From Patescibacteria group bacterium (lineage in GTDB: Bacteria > Patescibacteriota > Minisyncoccia > UBA6257 > 2-01-FULL-56-20), in contig JBBTVY010000004.1 in assembly GCA_038063055.1 (NCBI GenBank), positions 1 through 53,581 on the forward strand: DNA of 53,581 nucleotides, given 5' to 3'. The notes under the pieces were generated by a model that did not search any database, was not told the DNA's origin, and saw only the letters and a list, made by a program, of their open reading frames with translations. Both the position numbers and the translations under genes were made by a program. The number at the start of each line of letters is the position of its first letter. The stretch's first letter is position 1. Shown one piece after another: positions 1-9,511 of this stretch.

Positions 1-512
1 CGGGCATACAAAAGGCGGTTTTGAACACCGTTCATGGCTATACGGCCACCCAGAATCTGGTTGACGGGCCGACAAAAGGAACGGATTATCGCCGCGGGCG
101 CGCCGCTGCCCAAAACATCGTGCCGTCTACAACCGGGGCGGCTGTCGCCGTTACCCGCGCCATGAAAGAGCTCGAAGGAAAATTCGACGGAATTGCAATG
201 AGGGTGCCGGTCGCTTGCGGCTCTATTGCTGACATAACTTTTGTTTCCAAAAGGAGAGTAACCGTCGAAGAAATAAACGACATTTTCCGGAAAGCGGCCG
301 CCGAACCGAGATGGCAGGGAATTTTAAAAATTACGGAAGAGCAACTCGTGTCTTCCGACGTCATAGGAGAACCCTACGGGGCCATCATCGACCTGAAATT
401 CACGAAGGTTATAGACGGCGACCTGGTCAAGGTGCTTTCATGGTACGACAACGAGTTCGGATACGTGTCCACGCTTCTTAAACACGTTCTTGGCGTGGCT
501 TCATCCATTTAA
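1..512 (+). CDS. gap: glyceraldehyde-3-phosphate dehydrogenase, C-terminal part (5' end upstream of window)
   Basis: The frame is open to the window edge. The translation is GAPDH catalytic-domain sequence (PSTTGAA, AMRVPV) and carries the hallmark WYDNEFGY near the C-terminus. Confidence 0.92.
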   Translation, partial: GIQKAVLNTVHGYTATQNLVDGPTKGTDYRRGRAAAQNIVPSTTGAAVAVTRAMKELEGKFDGIAMRVPVACGSIADITFVSKRRVTVEEINDIFRKAAAEPRWQGILKITEEQLVSSDVIGEPYGAIIDLKFTKVIDGDLVKVLSWYDNEFGYVSTLLKHVLGVASSI

Positions 513-523
513 CTTTTTTAACG

Positions 524-979
524 ATGCTTATATATCTGGGAGCGGACCATCGCGGTTTCAATCTTAAAAAATCCGTAAGCGATTTTTTGAGGAACAAAGG
601 ATACGAGGTGGTCGATTTGGGCAATCAGAATTACGACGAAAACGACGACTATGTCGATTTCGCGGGCGAAGTGGCCAAAAAAATAAGCGCCGATTCCGAA
701 AATAGGCGAGGAATACTTATTTGCGGTTCCGGAGTCGGAGTCGACATTGCCGCCAACAAATTCAGGGGTGTCCGCTCGGCTCTCGGAATTTCAGCCGACC
801 AGGTTTATGAAGCCAGGCGCGACGACGACGTAAATATTTTGAGCATTGCCGCCGACTTCACCGCGGAATCCGACGCGCAAAAAATTATAGAAACTTTTTT
901 GGAAACTCCGTTCCGGGAAGAAGAAAAATATAGGCGCCGTCGGGACAAATTAACGCAGCTCGAAGAAAATTTGCCCTGA
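524..979 (+). CDS. rpiB: ribose-5-phosphate isomerase B (RpiB/LacAB family)
   Basis: The 151-aa product has LIYLGADHRGFNLK at the N-terminus and ILICGSGVGVDIAANK. Size and motifs are typical of RpiB. Confidence 0.9.
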   Translation: MLIYLGADHRGFNLKKSVSDFLRNKGYEVVDLGNQNYDENDDYVDFAGEVAKKISADSENRRGILICGSGVGVDIAANKFRGVRSALGISADQVYEARRDDDVNILSIAADFTAESDAQKIIETFLETPFREEEKYRRRRDKLTQLEENLP

Positions 980-1013
980 ACCGGCCGGCAAATAAATAAA
1001 GCCAATAAATCAC

Positions 1014-1643
1014 ATGGAGATAATACCGGTCATAAATTGTCACACCTCGGAAGAAGTCGCGGAACGCGTCAAAAAGGCGAATAAGTTCGCGGACTGGGTT
1101 CATCTCGACGTATCCGACGCGCGGTTTACTTTCAACAAAAGCTGGGGCGACTCTTCGGCATGGGCGAAAATGGGCAACAAGGCAAATTTGGAGGTTCATT
1201 TAATGGTTGAAGAACCGGAAAAATATGTCGATGGCTGGGTTAAAGCCGGCGCCAAGCGTTTAATCGTTCATCTCGAGGCGCTGAACGAAAAAACTTTTTT
1301 AGAAATAAAGAAAAAAACCGGTAAAAAAGCCGAGCTTATGTTGGCCGTAAATCCGGAAACGCCCGCCAATGAACTGAAACCGTATTTCAAAGAAATTTCT
1401 TCTTTCCAAATTTTGGCTGTTTATCCCGGGCCATCCGGCCAAAAATTCCGGACTCTTGTTACAGACAAAATAAAATTTTTGCGGCGAGAAATGCCCGATG
1501 CTACAATTGAAATTGACGGCGGGATAAACGAAGAAACGGCAAAACTCGCCAAATCAGCCGGAGCGGATATAGTTAGTTCCGGGTCATACATTTTTAACAG
1601 CCCGGATCCGTCTTCAGCATACGAAAAGCTTAAATCAATTTAA
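1014..1643 (+). CDS. rpe: ribulose-phosphate 3-epimerase-like TIM-barrel enzyme
   Basis: The 209-aa product has HLDVSD, HLMV, YPGPSGQKF and EIDGGIN motifs in Rpe order. It sits in a pentose-phosphate gene context. Confidence 0.8.
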   Translation: MEIIPVINCHTSEEVAERVKKANKFADWVHLDVSDARFTFNKSWGDSSAWAKMGNKANLEVHLMVEEPEKYVDGWVKAGAKRLIVHLEALNEKTFLEIKKKTGKKAELMLAVNPETPANELKPYFKEISSFQILAVYPGPSGQKFRTLVTDKIKFLRREMPDATIEIDGGINEETAKLAKSAGADIVSSGSYIFNSPDPSSAYEKLKSI

Positions 1644-2503
1644 TGGAGGCACTTCACGAAAAGAAATTAAAATTCCTCGAAGAGACGGCGAATCGTTTAA
1701 GACAGGACGTGATTGAGATGGTTTCGCGCGCCGGTTCGGGGCACATCGCGGGGCCGCTTGGGCTTGCAGAAATAGCGGCCGCTTTTTATTTTCATATTTT
1801 GAATCACAATCCGAAGAAACCGAAGTGGCCCGAGCGAGACCGACTTGTCGTTTCTAACGGACATACCTGCCCTGTTTTTTACGCGGCGCTCGCCCGCGCC
1901 GGATATTTTCCGGTAGAAGAGTTAAAAACCCTCCGCCAGATAAATTCGCGTCTACAGGGTCATCCGCACAGAAAAGTCTTGCCGGGAATCGAAACAACGT
2001 CCGGCCCTCTTGGTTCCGGCATATCCCAGTCCATCGGCATGGCTTTGGCCGGCCGTCTGGACGGCAAAAAATATCAGGTTTATTGCGTTACTTCCGACGG
2101 TGAGCATCAGGAAGGAAACACCTGGGAAGCCATAATGTTCGCCGGAAAAAATAAGCTGAATAATTTGACAGTTGTCGTCGACCGTAACAATATTCAAATA
2201 GACGGTTTCACGGAAAACGTGATGCCGCTGGAACCGCTGCGCGCAAAATACGAATCGTTCAACTGGCACGTTATAGAGATTGACGGCCATAACATACAGC
2301 AATTTACGGACGCGGTTGCCGAGGCAAAAGCGATTTATGAAAAACCGACAGCGATAATCGCGCACACCATACCCGGCAAGGGGGTCGATTTTATGGATCA
2401 CGATTATTTCTGGCATTCCAAATCTTTCGCGCCGGGCGAGGCGGAAAAGGCCATAAAAGAACTAAGAACTTTGCGCGGCAAAATACAGTCGGAACATCAA
2501 TAA
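1643..2503 (+). CDS. transketolase, N-terminal (TPP-binding) subunit
   Basis: The 286-aa product has GSGHIAGPLG, SNGH, GPLGSGISQS and SDGEHQEGNTWEA. This is the split-transketolase N half. Its start overlaps the rpe stop (TAATG). Confidence 0.93.
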   Translation: MEALHEKKLKFLEETANRLRQDVIEMVSRAGSGHIAGPLGLAEIAAAFYFHILNHNPKKPKWPERDRLVVSNGHTCPVFYAALARAGYFPVEELKTLRQINSRLQGHPHRKVLPGIETTSGPLGSGISQSIGMALAGRLDGKKYQVYCVTSDGEHQEGNTWEAIMFAGKNKLNNLTVVVDRNNIQIDGFTENVMPLEPLRAKYESFNWHVIEIDGHNIQQFTDAVAEAKAIYEKPTAIIAHTIPGKGVDFMDHDYFWHSKSFAPGEAEKAIKELRTLRGKIQSEHQ

Positions 2504-2509
2504 AAAAAT

Positions 2510-3472
2510 ATGGACAACCAAATTCAAAAAACTTATCCGAGGGACGTATTCATGCATCTTCTGAATACGATAACTCTTTACATAAGCGCGGGCAGTTTTC
2601 TCAGTCTCGTTTTCGATTACATTAATGCCTTATTCCCAGACAAGCTCAATCCGTATTATTCCCCTGGGGATTCCATACGCTGGACACTTTCGCTATTCAT
2701 AATAATTTTCGGCGTTTTTGTGTGGACATCGAGGTTCATAGAAAAGGATTTAGTCGGCAATCCGGGCAAGAATGACCTAAAAATAAGAAGATGGCTTATT
2801 TACTTGACGATATTTTTTGCGGCGCTTCTTCTTATCGGCGACCTGGTCGCCCTCATATATAATTTTCTGAACGGGGATTTAACAGCGACATTTATTCTCA
2901 AGGTAATTTCGGTTTTCGCGGTCGGGGGAGTTGTCTTCTGGTATTACCTGTACGACCTTAAAAAGAACCCGGGAGAATTTTCTCCCAAGGCGAGGATGAT
3001 AATTTGTGGAGCAATGATAGTCACGATCGCCGCCATAGTTTACGGATTTTACCTGGCGGGTTCGCCTTTCAAGCAGCGCATGATCAGATTCGACAATCAG
3101 CGTGTATATGACCTCCAAGCCGTTCAAAGCCAGATAGTTTATTACTGGCAGCAGAAGAACAAATTGCCCCAGTCGTTGAGCGACCTCGTAGACAATATTT
3201 CCGGCTTTGCTCCTTCCATGGACCCGGACACCGGCAAATCATACGAATATAAAGTTACCGGCAGTTTGTCTTTTGAGCTCTGCGCCGATTTTTCACTGTC
3301 TTCTGATGTGGGATCTTCGGCTACCCCGCCGAGAATTGCGTATCCCGCGAGAATTGCGTATCCCGGCGGAGTCGGCGACAACTGGGACCACAAAGAAGGA
3401 AACATTTGTTTCAGCCGCACAATCGACCCGGAACTTTACAGAAACAATCAAACAAAACCGTTTATTCAATAA
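2510..3472 (+). CDS. DUF5671-like multi-pass membrane protein
   Basis: The N-terminal block YPRDVFMHLLNTITLYISAGSFLSLVFDYINALFPD is followed by about 5 more hydrophobic helices. The soluble C-terminal part contains an 18-nt tandem duplication (RIAYPA/RIAYPG). The gene lies between the two transketolase halves. Confidence 0.7.
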   Translation: MDNQIQKTYPRDVFMHLLNTITLYISAGSFLSLVFDYINALFPDKLNPYYSPGDSIRWTLSLFIIIFGVFVWTSRFIEKDLVGNPGKNDLKIRRWLIYLTIFFAALLLIGDLVALIYNFLNGDLTATFILKVISVFAVGGVVFWYYLYDLKKNPGEFSPKARMIICGAMIVTIAAIVYGFYLAGSPFKQRMIRFDNQRVYDLQAVQSQIVYYWQQKNKLPQSLSDLVDNISGFAPSMDPDTGKSYEYKVTGSLSFELCADFSLSSDVGSSATPPRIAYPARIAYPGGVGDNWDHKEGNICFSRTIDPELYRNNQTKPFIQ

Positions 3473-3473
3473 T

Positions 3474-4487
3474 ATGTTCAATCCGGAAGCAAAATTGAGT
3501 TCTGCGATTTTTTTGAGTGATGTCGCGCAAGCTCCGACACGGAACGGTTACGGGGAAGGGCTCGTGGCGGCAGGCGAGAAAGATAAAAACATAGTTGTTT
3601 TGTGCGCCGATTTGACCGAATCGACCCGCTCGGAAGCTTTCGCCAAAAAATTTCCTGAGCGCTTTTTTGAGTGCGGCGTCGCCGAACAAAACATGGCGAC
3701 TATTGCCGCCGGACTTGGAGTTTCGGGGAAAATACCATTCATTTCCTCATACGCGACTTTTTCTCCGGGCAGGAACTGGGAACAAATAAGGACGACCATT
3801 GCCTACAACGACTCGAACGTCAAAATAGCCGGGCATCATGCCGGTATTTCGACCGGTCCGGATGGAGCCACGCATCAGGCGACCGAAGACATCGCCATAA
3901 TGCGCGCAATGCCGAACATGAAAGTAATCGTGCCCTGCGACGCCATCGAGGCAAAAAAAGCGACGTTGGCCGCTTCGAAAATATGGGGTCCTGTTTATAT
4001 GAGATTTCAGAGAGAAAAGTCGCCCGTATTAACGACTGAAGAAACTCCATTTATTCCGGGCAAGGCGGAGGTTTTCTGGGTCCCTTCGGCGAACTCAGGA
4101 CAAGCGAAAAAGCCGCAGGTTCTTATAATCGGATGCGGGCCGCTTCTTTATAATTCTCTCCTGGCGGCGCGGGAACTGGAAAAAGAAAAAATAGGCGCAG
4201 TCGTTTTAAACACGCACACAATCAAACCGCTCGACGAGGAAAAAATAATTTCCCTCGCCAAAAGAATCGGCTCGGTTGTGACCGTGGAGGAACATCAGAT
4301 AAACGGCGGATTGGGCGGCGCCGTCGCGGAAGTTCTGGCCCGCCGCGCGCCGACGCCGATTGAATTTATAGGGCTCCAGAATGTTTTTGGAGAATCCGGT
4401 TCCCCGGGTGAGCTTTTAGCCAAATACGGAATGGCCACAAAAGACATAAAAGCCGCCGCCAAGAGGGCAATAAGGAGAGCGAATTGA
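3474..4487 (+). CDS. transketolase, C-terminal (pyrimidine-binding) subunit
   Basis: I start it at ATG 3474 (MFNPEAK...). It has TRNGYGEGL, FFECGVAEQNM and TVEEHQINGGLG. The longer ORF from 3207 would overlap the upstream gene. Confidence 0.93.
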   Translation: MFNPEAKLSSAIFLSDVAQAPTRNGYGEGLVAAGEKDKNIVVLCADLTESTRSEAFAKKFPERFFECGVAEQNMATIAAGLGVSGKIPFISSYATFSPGRNWEQIRTTIAYNDSNVKIAGHHAGISTGPDGATHQATEDIAIMRAMPNMKVIVPCDAIEAKKATLAASKIWGPVYMRFQREKSPVLTTEETPFIPGKAEVFWVPSANSGQAKKPQVLIIGCGPLLYNSLLAARELEKEKIGAVVLNTHTIKPLDEEKIISLAKRIGSVVTVEEHQINGGLGGAVAEVLARRAPTPIEFIGLQNVFGESGSPGELLAKYGMATKDIKAAAKRAIRRAN

Positions 4488-4554
4488 GCGGCGCGACGAT
4501 AAATTTAGAATACCTTGCCGGGGCTGCCGAACTCTTAAAACCGGCAAAACCGAA

Positions 4555-6237
4555 ATGAATTCACTTTCTCGTTATAGAAACTTTTTTTTGGCTGTTTTTA
4601 TTTGCCTCGTTTTTTTGTATTCGTTCAATCAAATAAACAATTCCGACACTTTCTACGATTTAAAAACTGGGCAGTATATTTTGGAAAATTTTAAAATTCC
4701 GACGCACGATATTTTTTCTTTGCCCGCGTACGGAGCGCCGTGGGTTCCCCACGAATGGCTGGCTCAAATAATTTTTTATCTGGTTTACGGAATCGGCGGA
4801 TTTTTGGGGTTGATTGTTTTTTCCGCGCTGTTCGGGGTTTCGACGTATTACATTTTATGGCGCCTGGCCGTTAAAAAAGGGGCCGATTTCCACCTGAGCA
4901 TTCTCCTAATGTTTCTTTTGAGCTATTTGACCCTGGAACTTTGGGTTCCCCGGCCGCAAATTTTCGCCTATCTGTCTTTTGCGGTTTTGATTTATCTTCT
5001 GGAAAGTTATCGCGACAAGCCGGACAAAAAATATCTTCTGGGTTCGGTGCTGACAATCTGGTTTTGGGCCAACACAAACGCCAGTTTCATACTCGGTTTG
5101 GTCGTTATTGTTTTTTATTTTTTTTCTGAGATGATGGGCAACAGATGGCGCGAATTGGTGAATAAAAGTCTTTCTTTGGAAGAAGTAAAAAATCTGGGAT
5201 TCGCCGCCGCGGCTTCCATTTTCGCGGCCTTTTTAACTCCCGCCGGATATCACGGTTTTCTTTACAGTTTTTACGTTAAAGAAGTAGCGAATTATCTGAA
5301 CGTTTTGGAGTGGAAGCCGATAACCGTATTTTTGTATGAGGTTCAGGCGCAATTTTTTCTGGCGATACTTTTTTTGGTCGATGCGTTTTTTGTCTGGTGG
5401 TTTTGGCTAAGAAAAGAATCGCGCGATATCACTCTTTTGGGTTTGGCTCTGGGAGTTTCCCTTTTACCCTTCATTTCCATACGGCACGTCGGCTTTTGGC
5501 CGATAGCGCTTTTCGTGTCGGCGGCCGTATCTTTGAGCGGAATGTTGAAGATTTTTTTGACGCGATTTTCGGATAAATCACTCGGAATATTCTTGTTCAT
5601 TATCGGAATAGTTTTCATTTCAGGCCGTTTATTATGGTTTCCCAAATCTTTGATCAGCGAAAATATAATTCCCGTCAAAGCGGTTGATTTTATAAAAGAA
5701 AACCAAATTCACGGACCCCTGTTTAATCTTTATAACGAGGGCGGTTATTTGATTTTCCGTTTATGGCCGGAAGACAAGGTTTTTATCGACGGGCGTTCGG
5801 AGGTATACGGCGGCCAGCCGATAATAGATTTTTTCACTATTTTTGGAAGACATCGCGGCTGGCAAGAGTTGGCTGAGGCAAAATATAACCTGAATTATTT
5901 CTTTTTTGACAGCTATTTGCATCCAGCCGTCAGAAAATTCATCGAGCCGCTTACACTTGAACTTTTAAAAAATAATTTTAGCCTGGTTTACTGGGATGAC
6001 CTGACCATTGTTCTCGTTCGCGACGTTCCGGAAAACAGCGAGGTTATAAAAAAGTACGGATTAAAACACATCAATCCTTTCCGTAACCCGGAAACAATTC
6101 CTCCCGGCGAAACCAAAACCGCGGCCGCGGAAATCCAGTCGCTTCTTGACCGGTTTCCCGGATCATCGGCGGCGCGGGATTACGCGGACCGTTTTCTCGG
6201 CGCCCGTTCAAATATAAAATTTATCCCTTCTTTTTAG
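4555..6237 (+). CDS. large polytopic membrane protein, possibly a GT-C-fold glycosyltransferase
   Basis: The 560-aa product has more than 10 hydrophobic helices. An Asp-rich first loop (NNSDTFYDLKTG) and HEWL follow TM1, and there is a soluble C-terminal domain. The function call is only an architectural guess. Confidence 0.55.
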   Translation: MNSLSRYRNFFLAVFICLVFLYSFNQINNSDTFYDLKTGQYILENFKIPTHDIFSLPAYGAPWVPHEWLAQIIFYLVYGIGGFLGLIVFSALFGVSTYYILWRLAVKKGADFHLSILLMFLLSYLTLELWVPRPQIFAYLSFAVLIYLLESYRDKPDKKYLLGSVLTIWFWANTNASFILGLVVIVFYFFSEMMGNRWRELVNKSLSLEEVKNLGFAAAASIFAAFLTPAGYHGFLYSFYVKEVANYLNVLEWKPITVFLYEVQAQFFLAILFLVDAFFVWWFWLRKESRDITLLGLALGVSLLPFISIRHVGFWPIALFVSAAVSLSGMLKIFLTRFSDKSLGIFLFIIGIVFISGRLLWFPKSLISENIIPVKAVDFIKENQIHGPLFNLYNEGGYLIFRLWPEDKVFIDGRSEVYGGQPIIDFFTIFGRHRGWQELAEAKYNLNYFFFDSYLHPAVRKFIEPLTLELLKNNFSLVYWDDLTIVLVRDVPENSEVIKKYGLKHINPFRNPETIPPGETKTAAAEIQSLLDRFPGSSAARDYADRFLGARSNIKFIPSF

Positions 6238-6272
6238 CGAATTAAGGGGCCGTGGTGTATAATTGGAAAAAA

Positions 6273-7295
6273 ATGTTCGACGTGACAACAATAGGTTCCG
6301 CGACCCTCGATACTTTTTTTGAGGGTGATTTTCCTCTTGTCGATTGGCCGGGAACCGAATCCGGCAGGGCATATCTTATGCCGCTCGGAGAAAAGCTCGA
6401 AATTGAAAAAGCTTATTCTACGGTCGGCGGGAACGCAGCCAACGCTTCGGCGACGTTCGCGCGCCAGGGATTTAAAACCGCCTGCGCCGCCAAAACGGGA
6501 GCCGATATTTCCGGCTTGGAAATAAAGACAAGATTGAAAAAAAATAAAATTGAAAACAAATTCGTCGTTTCGGATGCAAATATGCCTACCTCCTGTTCTG
6601 TTTTGCTTCTTAACAAAGGGGAGCGGACGATTTTAAACTACCGCGCCGCCGCCGATTCTTTTTCAATGAAAGATTTAAATATGAAAAAAATATTGGCCAA
6701 ATGGTGGTACATTTCTTTAGCCGGAGAGTCGGATAAAATGTTTAAGCCGATAGTTGATTTTGGCGAGCGAAACAACGTAGCTATGGCTTTAAATCCAAGC
6801 GGACACCACATAAAACACAAAAAGAAAGAGATTATTTCTCTTCTGAAAAATTTGTCATTCATGGTTTTGAACGAAGGAGAAGCCGCGCTTCTCACGGGAA
6901 TTTCATTCAAAAAAGAAAAAAATGTTTTTAAAAAACTCGACGCCCTGACGCCCGGGATTCTGGCGGTAACGGACGGGAAAAACGGCGTAACTGTTTCCGA
7001 CGGACGCTTTGTTTACAGAGCAGGGACATTCAAAGAAAAAAAATTGGTTGACCGGACCGGCGCCGGCGACGCTTTCGGCTCGGGTTTCGTGGCGGGCCTT
7101 CTGCGGCGCGGCTTGACGGGCAAAAATATCGTTTCGGCGAAGCCCGAAGATATTTGCCACGCAATTCGTCTGGCAACGGCCAACGCCACGTCGGTCGTGG
7201 AAAAAATCGGCGCCACTGAGGGAATTATCGGCAAAAGGGAATTTGAAAAAAATAAGCGTTGGCGGAACCTAAAAATCTCCGTCGATAAAATATAA
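6273..7295 (+). CDS. PfkB-family carbohydrate kinase (ribokinase/phosphofructokinase-like)
   Basis: It has TIGSATLD at the N-terminus and the PfkB signature DRTGAGDAFGSGFVAGL. I prefer ATG 6273, but GTG 6252 is an alternative start. Confidence 0.88.
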   Translation: MFDVTTIGSATLDTFFEGDFPLVDWPGTESGRAYLMPLGEKLEIEKAYSTVGGNAANASATFARQGFKTACAAKTGADISGLEIKTRLKKNKIENKFVVSDANMPTSCSVLLLNKGERTILNYRAAADSFSMKDLNMKKILAKWWYISLAGESDKMFKPIVDFGERNNVAMALNPSGHHIKHKKKEIISLLKNLSFMVLNEGEAALLTGISFKKEKNVFKKLDALTPGILAVTDGKNGVTVSDGRFVYRAGTFKEKKLVDRTGAGDAFGSGFVAGLLRRGLTGKNIVSAKPEDICHAIRLATANATSVVEKIGATEGIIGKREFEKNKRWRNLKISVDKI

Positions 7296-7305
7296 ATACT
7301 GCGCG

Positions 7306-8583
7306 ATGGAAAACATAGCCAAAATTCTCCGGACCGACAAGCACCGCCTCATAAACGTTGAAAAGAGAATGTCGGAAATTACCGGCAAGAAAAACGTTTT
7401 AGAAAAGATCGAACATGAAAATCAGGAAATAATCAGCGACCGCATGCAGACGCTGGGCGTTCCCAGGGACGCCAACGCAAAAGAAATTTACGATGCCCTG
7501 ATTTCCAAAATAGATTCGGATGACCACCGATTTTTCGAAGTTCTGAATAAACCTAATTGCCGGAAACAGGAAGACTGCCAGAATATCGCCGAAACAGCGC
7601 TGAAAATCGCCGGCGGGCCGAAAGGGTTTTTCATTAAACTCGATAAGGCAAAAGAATTTTTGATTAAAGAACCGCCCCGGGAAACAATGGATTTTTTGGG
7701 TTACGATTCTGCTGAAAAAATGCTTGCCACGGAGGATCTGTTTCAGGTTTACAGCAGTCTGCGGTTCATCGAAGGAAACGCCTGGCTGAACGGATACTTT
7801 TTCAAGCAATACAAATCTCTCAAGCCGGAAGATTTCGAGGAGCGCGAAGTAAAAGTCCTCGCACTCGACGCCAAATGGGGAAAGGCCGCGGAACAATTCG
7901 TCGTCAAAAAAAAGCACAATATAAGCCATCTTAAAGAACTCGGCGTCGTTTTCGTGATTCCGGCGATGCTCGGGATTTCCGGAGAAATTCTTCGGATGGT
8001 GGCCATGATAATGCATTATCTTCACGAGATTCCTTTTTATTCCGATATAGCCAGAAAAATCTCAAAGGAAGAAAATTTCGCGGCAAATTATGTCTCGCTT
8101 CTTCGCGGCGACGTTATCGAGAAAGTTCCCGACCCCGAAAAATCCGCCAGCGGGCGGATAAACGGGGCAGGAAGCGACAAGGCGTTATGGCTCGTGATTC
8201 AGCGTTACCTTTCCAAAGAAGACGAAAACGACTGGCGTCTTTTCGCGCCGCACGTTAATCCGGAAGCGATTCATTGGGAAAAAGCCGAAAAAAATCTTTC
8301 CGACTTTGGTGAAAAAGACAGCGCCTTTTCAAAAGAACTTTCTTTTTGGAACGGTCTTAACTGGGTCGGCGATTTTTTCAGGGATGAAACCGGTGTGGAA
8401 GTGCTCGCGAGCTTCAATCTGGTGGACGCGGTAATGTCGCTGGTAAAAGAAGAAGAAATGGTAAAATATCTTTATCATCATCAGGAAGCGTTATGGAACA
8501 AGATTTTTTCCGAATATATGGGCGCCGCCGAACCGGAAAAATTCTCGCGCGATTTTCTGCTTAAGGGGTACTTTGAGATATGA
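7306..8583 (+). CDS. hypothetical protein (425 aa), no family recognised
   Basis: This long ORF has coding-like composition. Its stop overlaps the fba start (ATGA at 8580-8583). I found no recognisable motif. Confidence 0.75.
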   Translation: MENIAKILRTDKHRLINVEKRMSEITGKKNVLEKIEHENQEIISDRMQTLGVPRDANAKEIYDALISKIDSDDHRFFEVLNKPNCRKQEDCQNIAETALKIAGGPKGFFIKLDKAKEFLIKEPPRETMDFLGYDSAEKMLATEDLFQVYSSLRFIEGNAWLNGYFFKQYKSLKPEDFEEREVKVLALDAKWGKAAEQFVVKKKHNISHLKELGVVFVIPAMLGISGEILRMVAMIMHYLHEIPFYSDIARKISKEENFAANYVSLLRGDVIEKVPDPEKSASGRINGAGSDKALWLVIQRYLSKEDENDWRLFAPHVNPEAIHWEKAEKNLSDFGEKDSAFSKELSFWNGLNWVGDFFRDETGVEVLASFNLVDAVMSLVKEEEMVKYLYHHQEALWNKIFSEYMGAAEPEKFSRDFLLKGYFEI

Positions 8584-9449
8584 AAAAATTAATAGAAATA
8601 ATTAAGGAAACGGAACTCAAAAGAATCGCAATCGGTCATTTCAACATTTCCGACATCGCCGCGCTAAAGGCGATTTTTGAATCCGCGCGCAGGTTGAATT
8701 TGCCGGTTATAATCGGGACCTCGGAAGGCGAGAGGGAATTTATCGGCCCGAAACAGGCGGCGGCGCTGGTTAAAAGCTTGCGCGAGGAATACGATTTTCC
8801 TATTTTTTTGAATGCCGACCACACGCATTCGCTTGAAAAAATCAAAGAAGCGGTCGAGACCGGCTACGACGCCGTGCTTTTCGACGGCGGCAAACTTCCG
8901 TTTGAAGAAAACATTAAACAAACCAAAGCCGTTGTTGATTATGTGAAATCCGTTAATCCGGAGATTTTGGTTGAAGGCGAAATAGGATATATCGGTTCGT
9001 CCTCGGAGGTTCTTAAAGAAATCCCCGCCGACGCGGCCCTGAAACCGGAAGAGCTGACTTCGCCGGAACAAGCAAAAGAATTTGTCCAGAAAACCAGAGT
9101 TGATTTTTTGGCGCCCGCGGTGGGCAACATTCACGGCATTATTGTCCAGCCGGGATTCGTCGAGAAACTCGACATTGAAAGGATAAAAAAAATAAAGGAA
9201 GCGGCCGGAATTCCTTTGGTTTTGCACGGCGGCTCCGGCTTGAGCGAAGACGATTTCCGAGACGCCATAAAAGCGGGAATAAATATCGTTCATATCAGTG
9301 CTGAAATCCGCCAGGCCTGGCGCCGCGGCGTAGAAGAAGCGCTGAAAAATAATCCGGATGAAATCGCGCCTTATAAAATTTATGCCCCGGCCATTGGGAA
9401 AATCGGGGAAGTTGTCGAAAATCGGATAAAAATTTTCTCCGGTTTATAA
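8580..9449 (+). CDS. fba: class II fructose-bisphosphate aldolase
   Basis: It has HFNISD, PVIIGTSEGE, LNADHTHS and VLHGGSG, which are class II FBA/tagatose-bisphosphate aldolase motifs. Confidence 0.92.
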   Translation: MKKLIEIIKETELKRIAIGHFNISDIAALKAIFESARRLNLPVIIGTSEGEREFIGPKQAAALVKSLREEYDFPIFLNADHTHSLEKIKEAVETGYDAVLFDGGKLPFEENIKQTKAVVDYVKSVNPEILVEGEIGYIGSSSEVLKEIPADAALKPEELTSPEQAKEFVQKTRVDFLAPAVGNIHGIIVQPGFVEKLDIERIKKIKEAAGIPLVLHGGSGLSEDDFRDAIKAGINIVHISAEIRQAWRRGVEEALKNNPDEIAPYKIYAPAIGKIGEVVENRIKIFSGL

Positions 9450-9511
9450 AATTCTCGCGCCGGATTGCGTCATTTGCAAAATTCCGTTCCGGCGGATAGA
9501 ATTTCTTTACT

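Noticed and set aside
3207-3473. Long N-terminal extension of the transketolase C-subunit ORF (start at 3207)
   Set aside because: It overlaps the 3' end of the DUF5671-like gene in another frame. Homology-like sequence begins only at MFNPEAK (ATG 3474).
7399-8025. 208-aa antisense ORF. Similar antisense ORFs lie at 8664-9293, 16808-17422, 18970-19515, 21985-22665, 23374-24402, 35533-36219, 44208-44735 and 48216-48713.
   Set aside because: All lie opposite genes with clear family motifs. They have low-complexity or R/F-rich translations typical of shadow ORFs.
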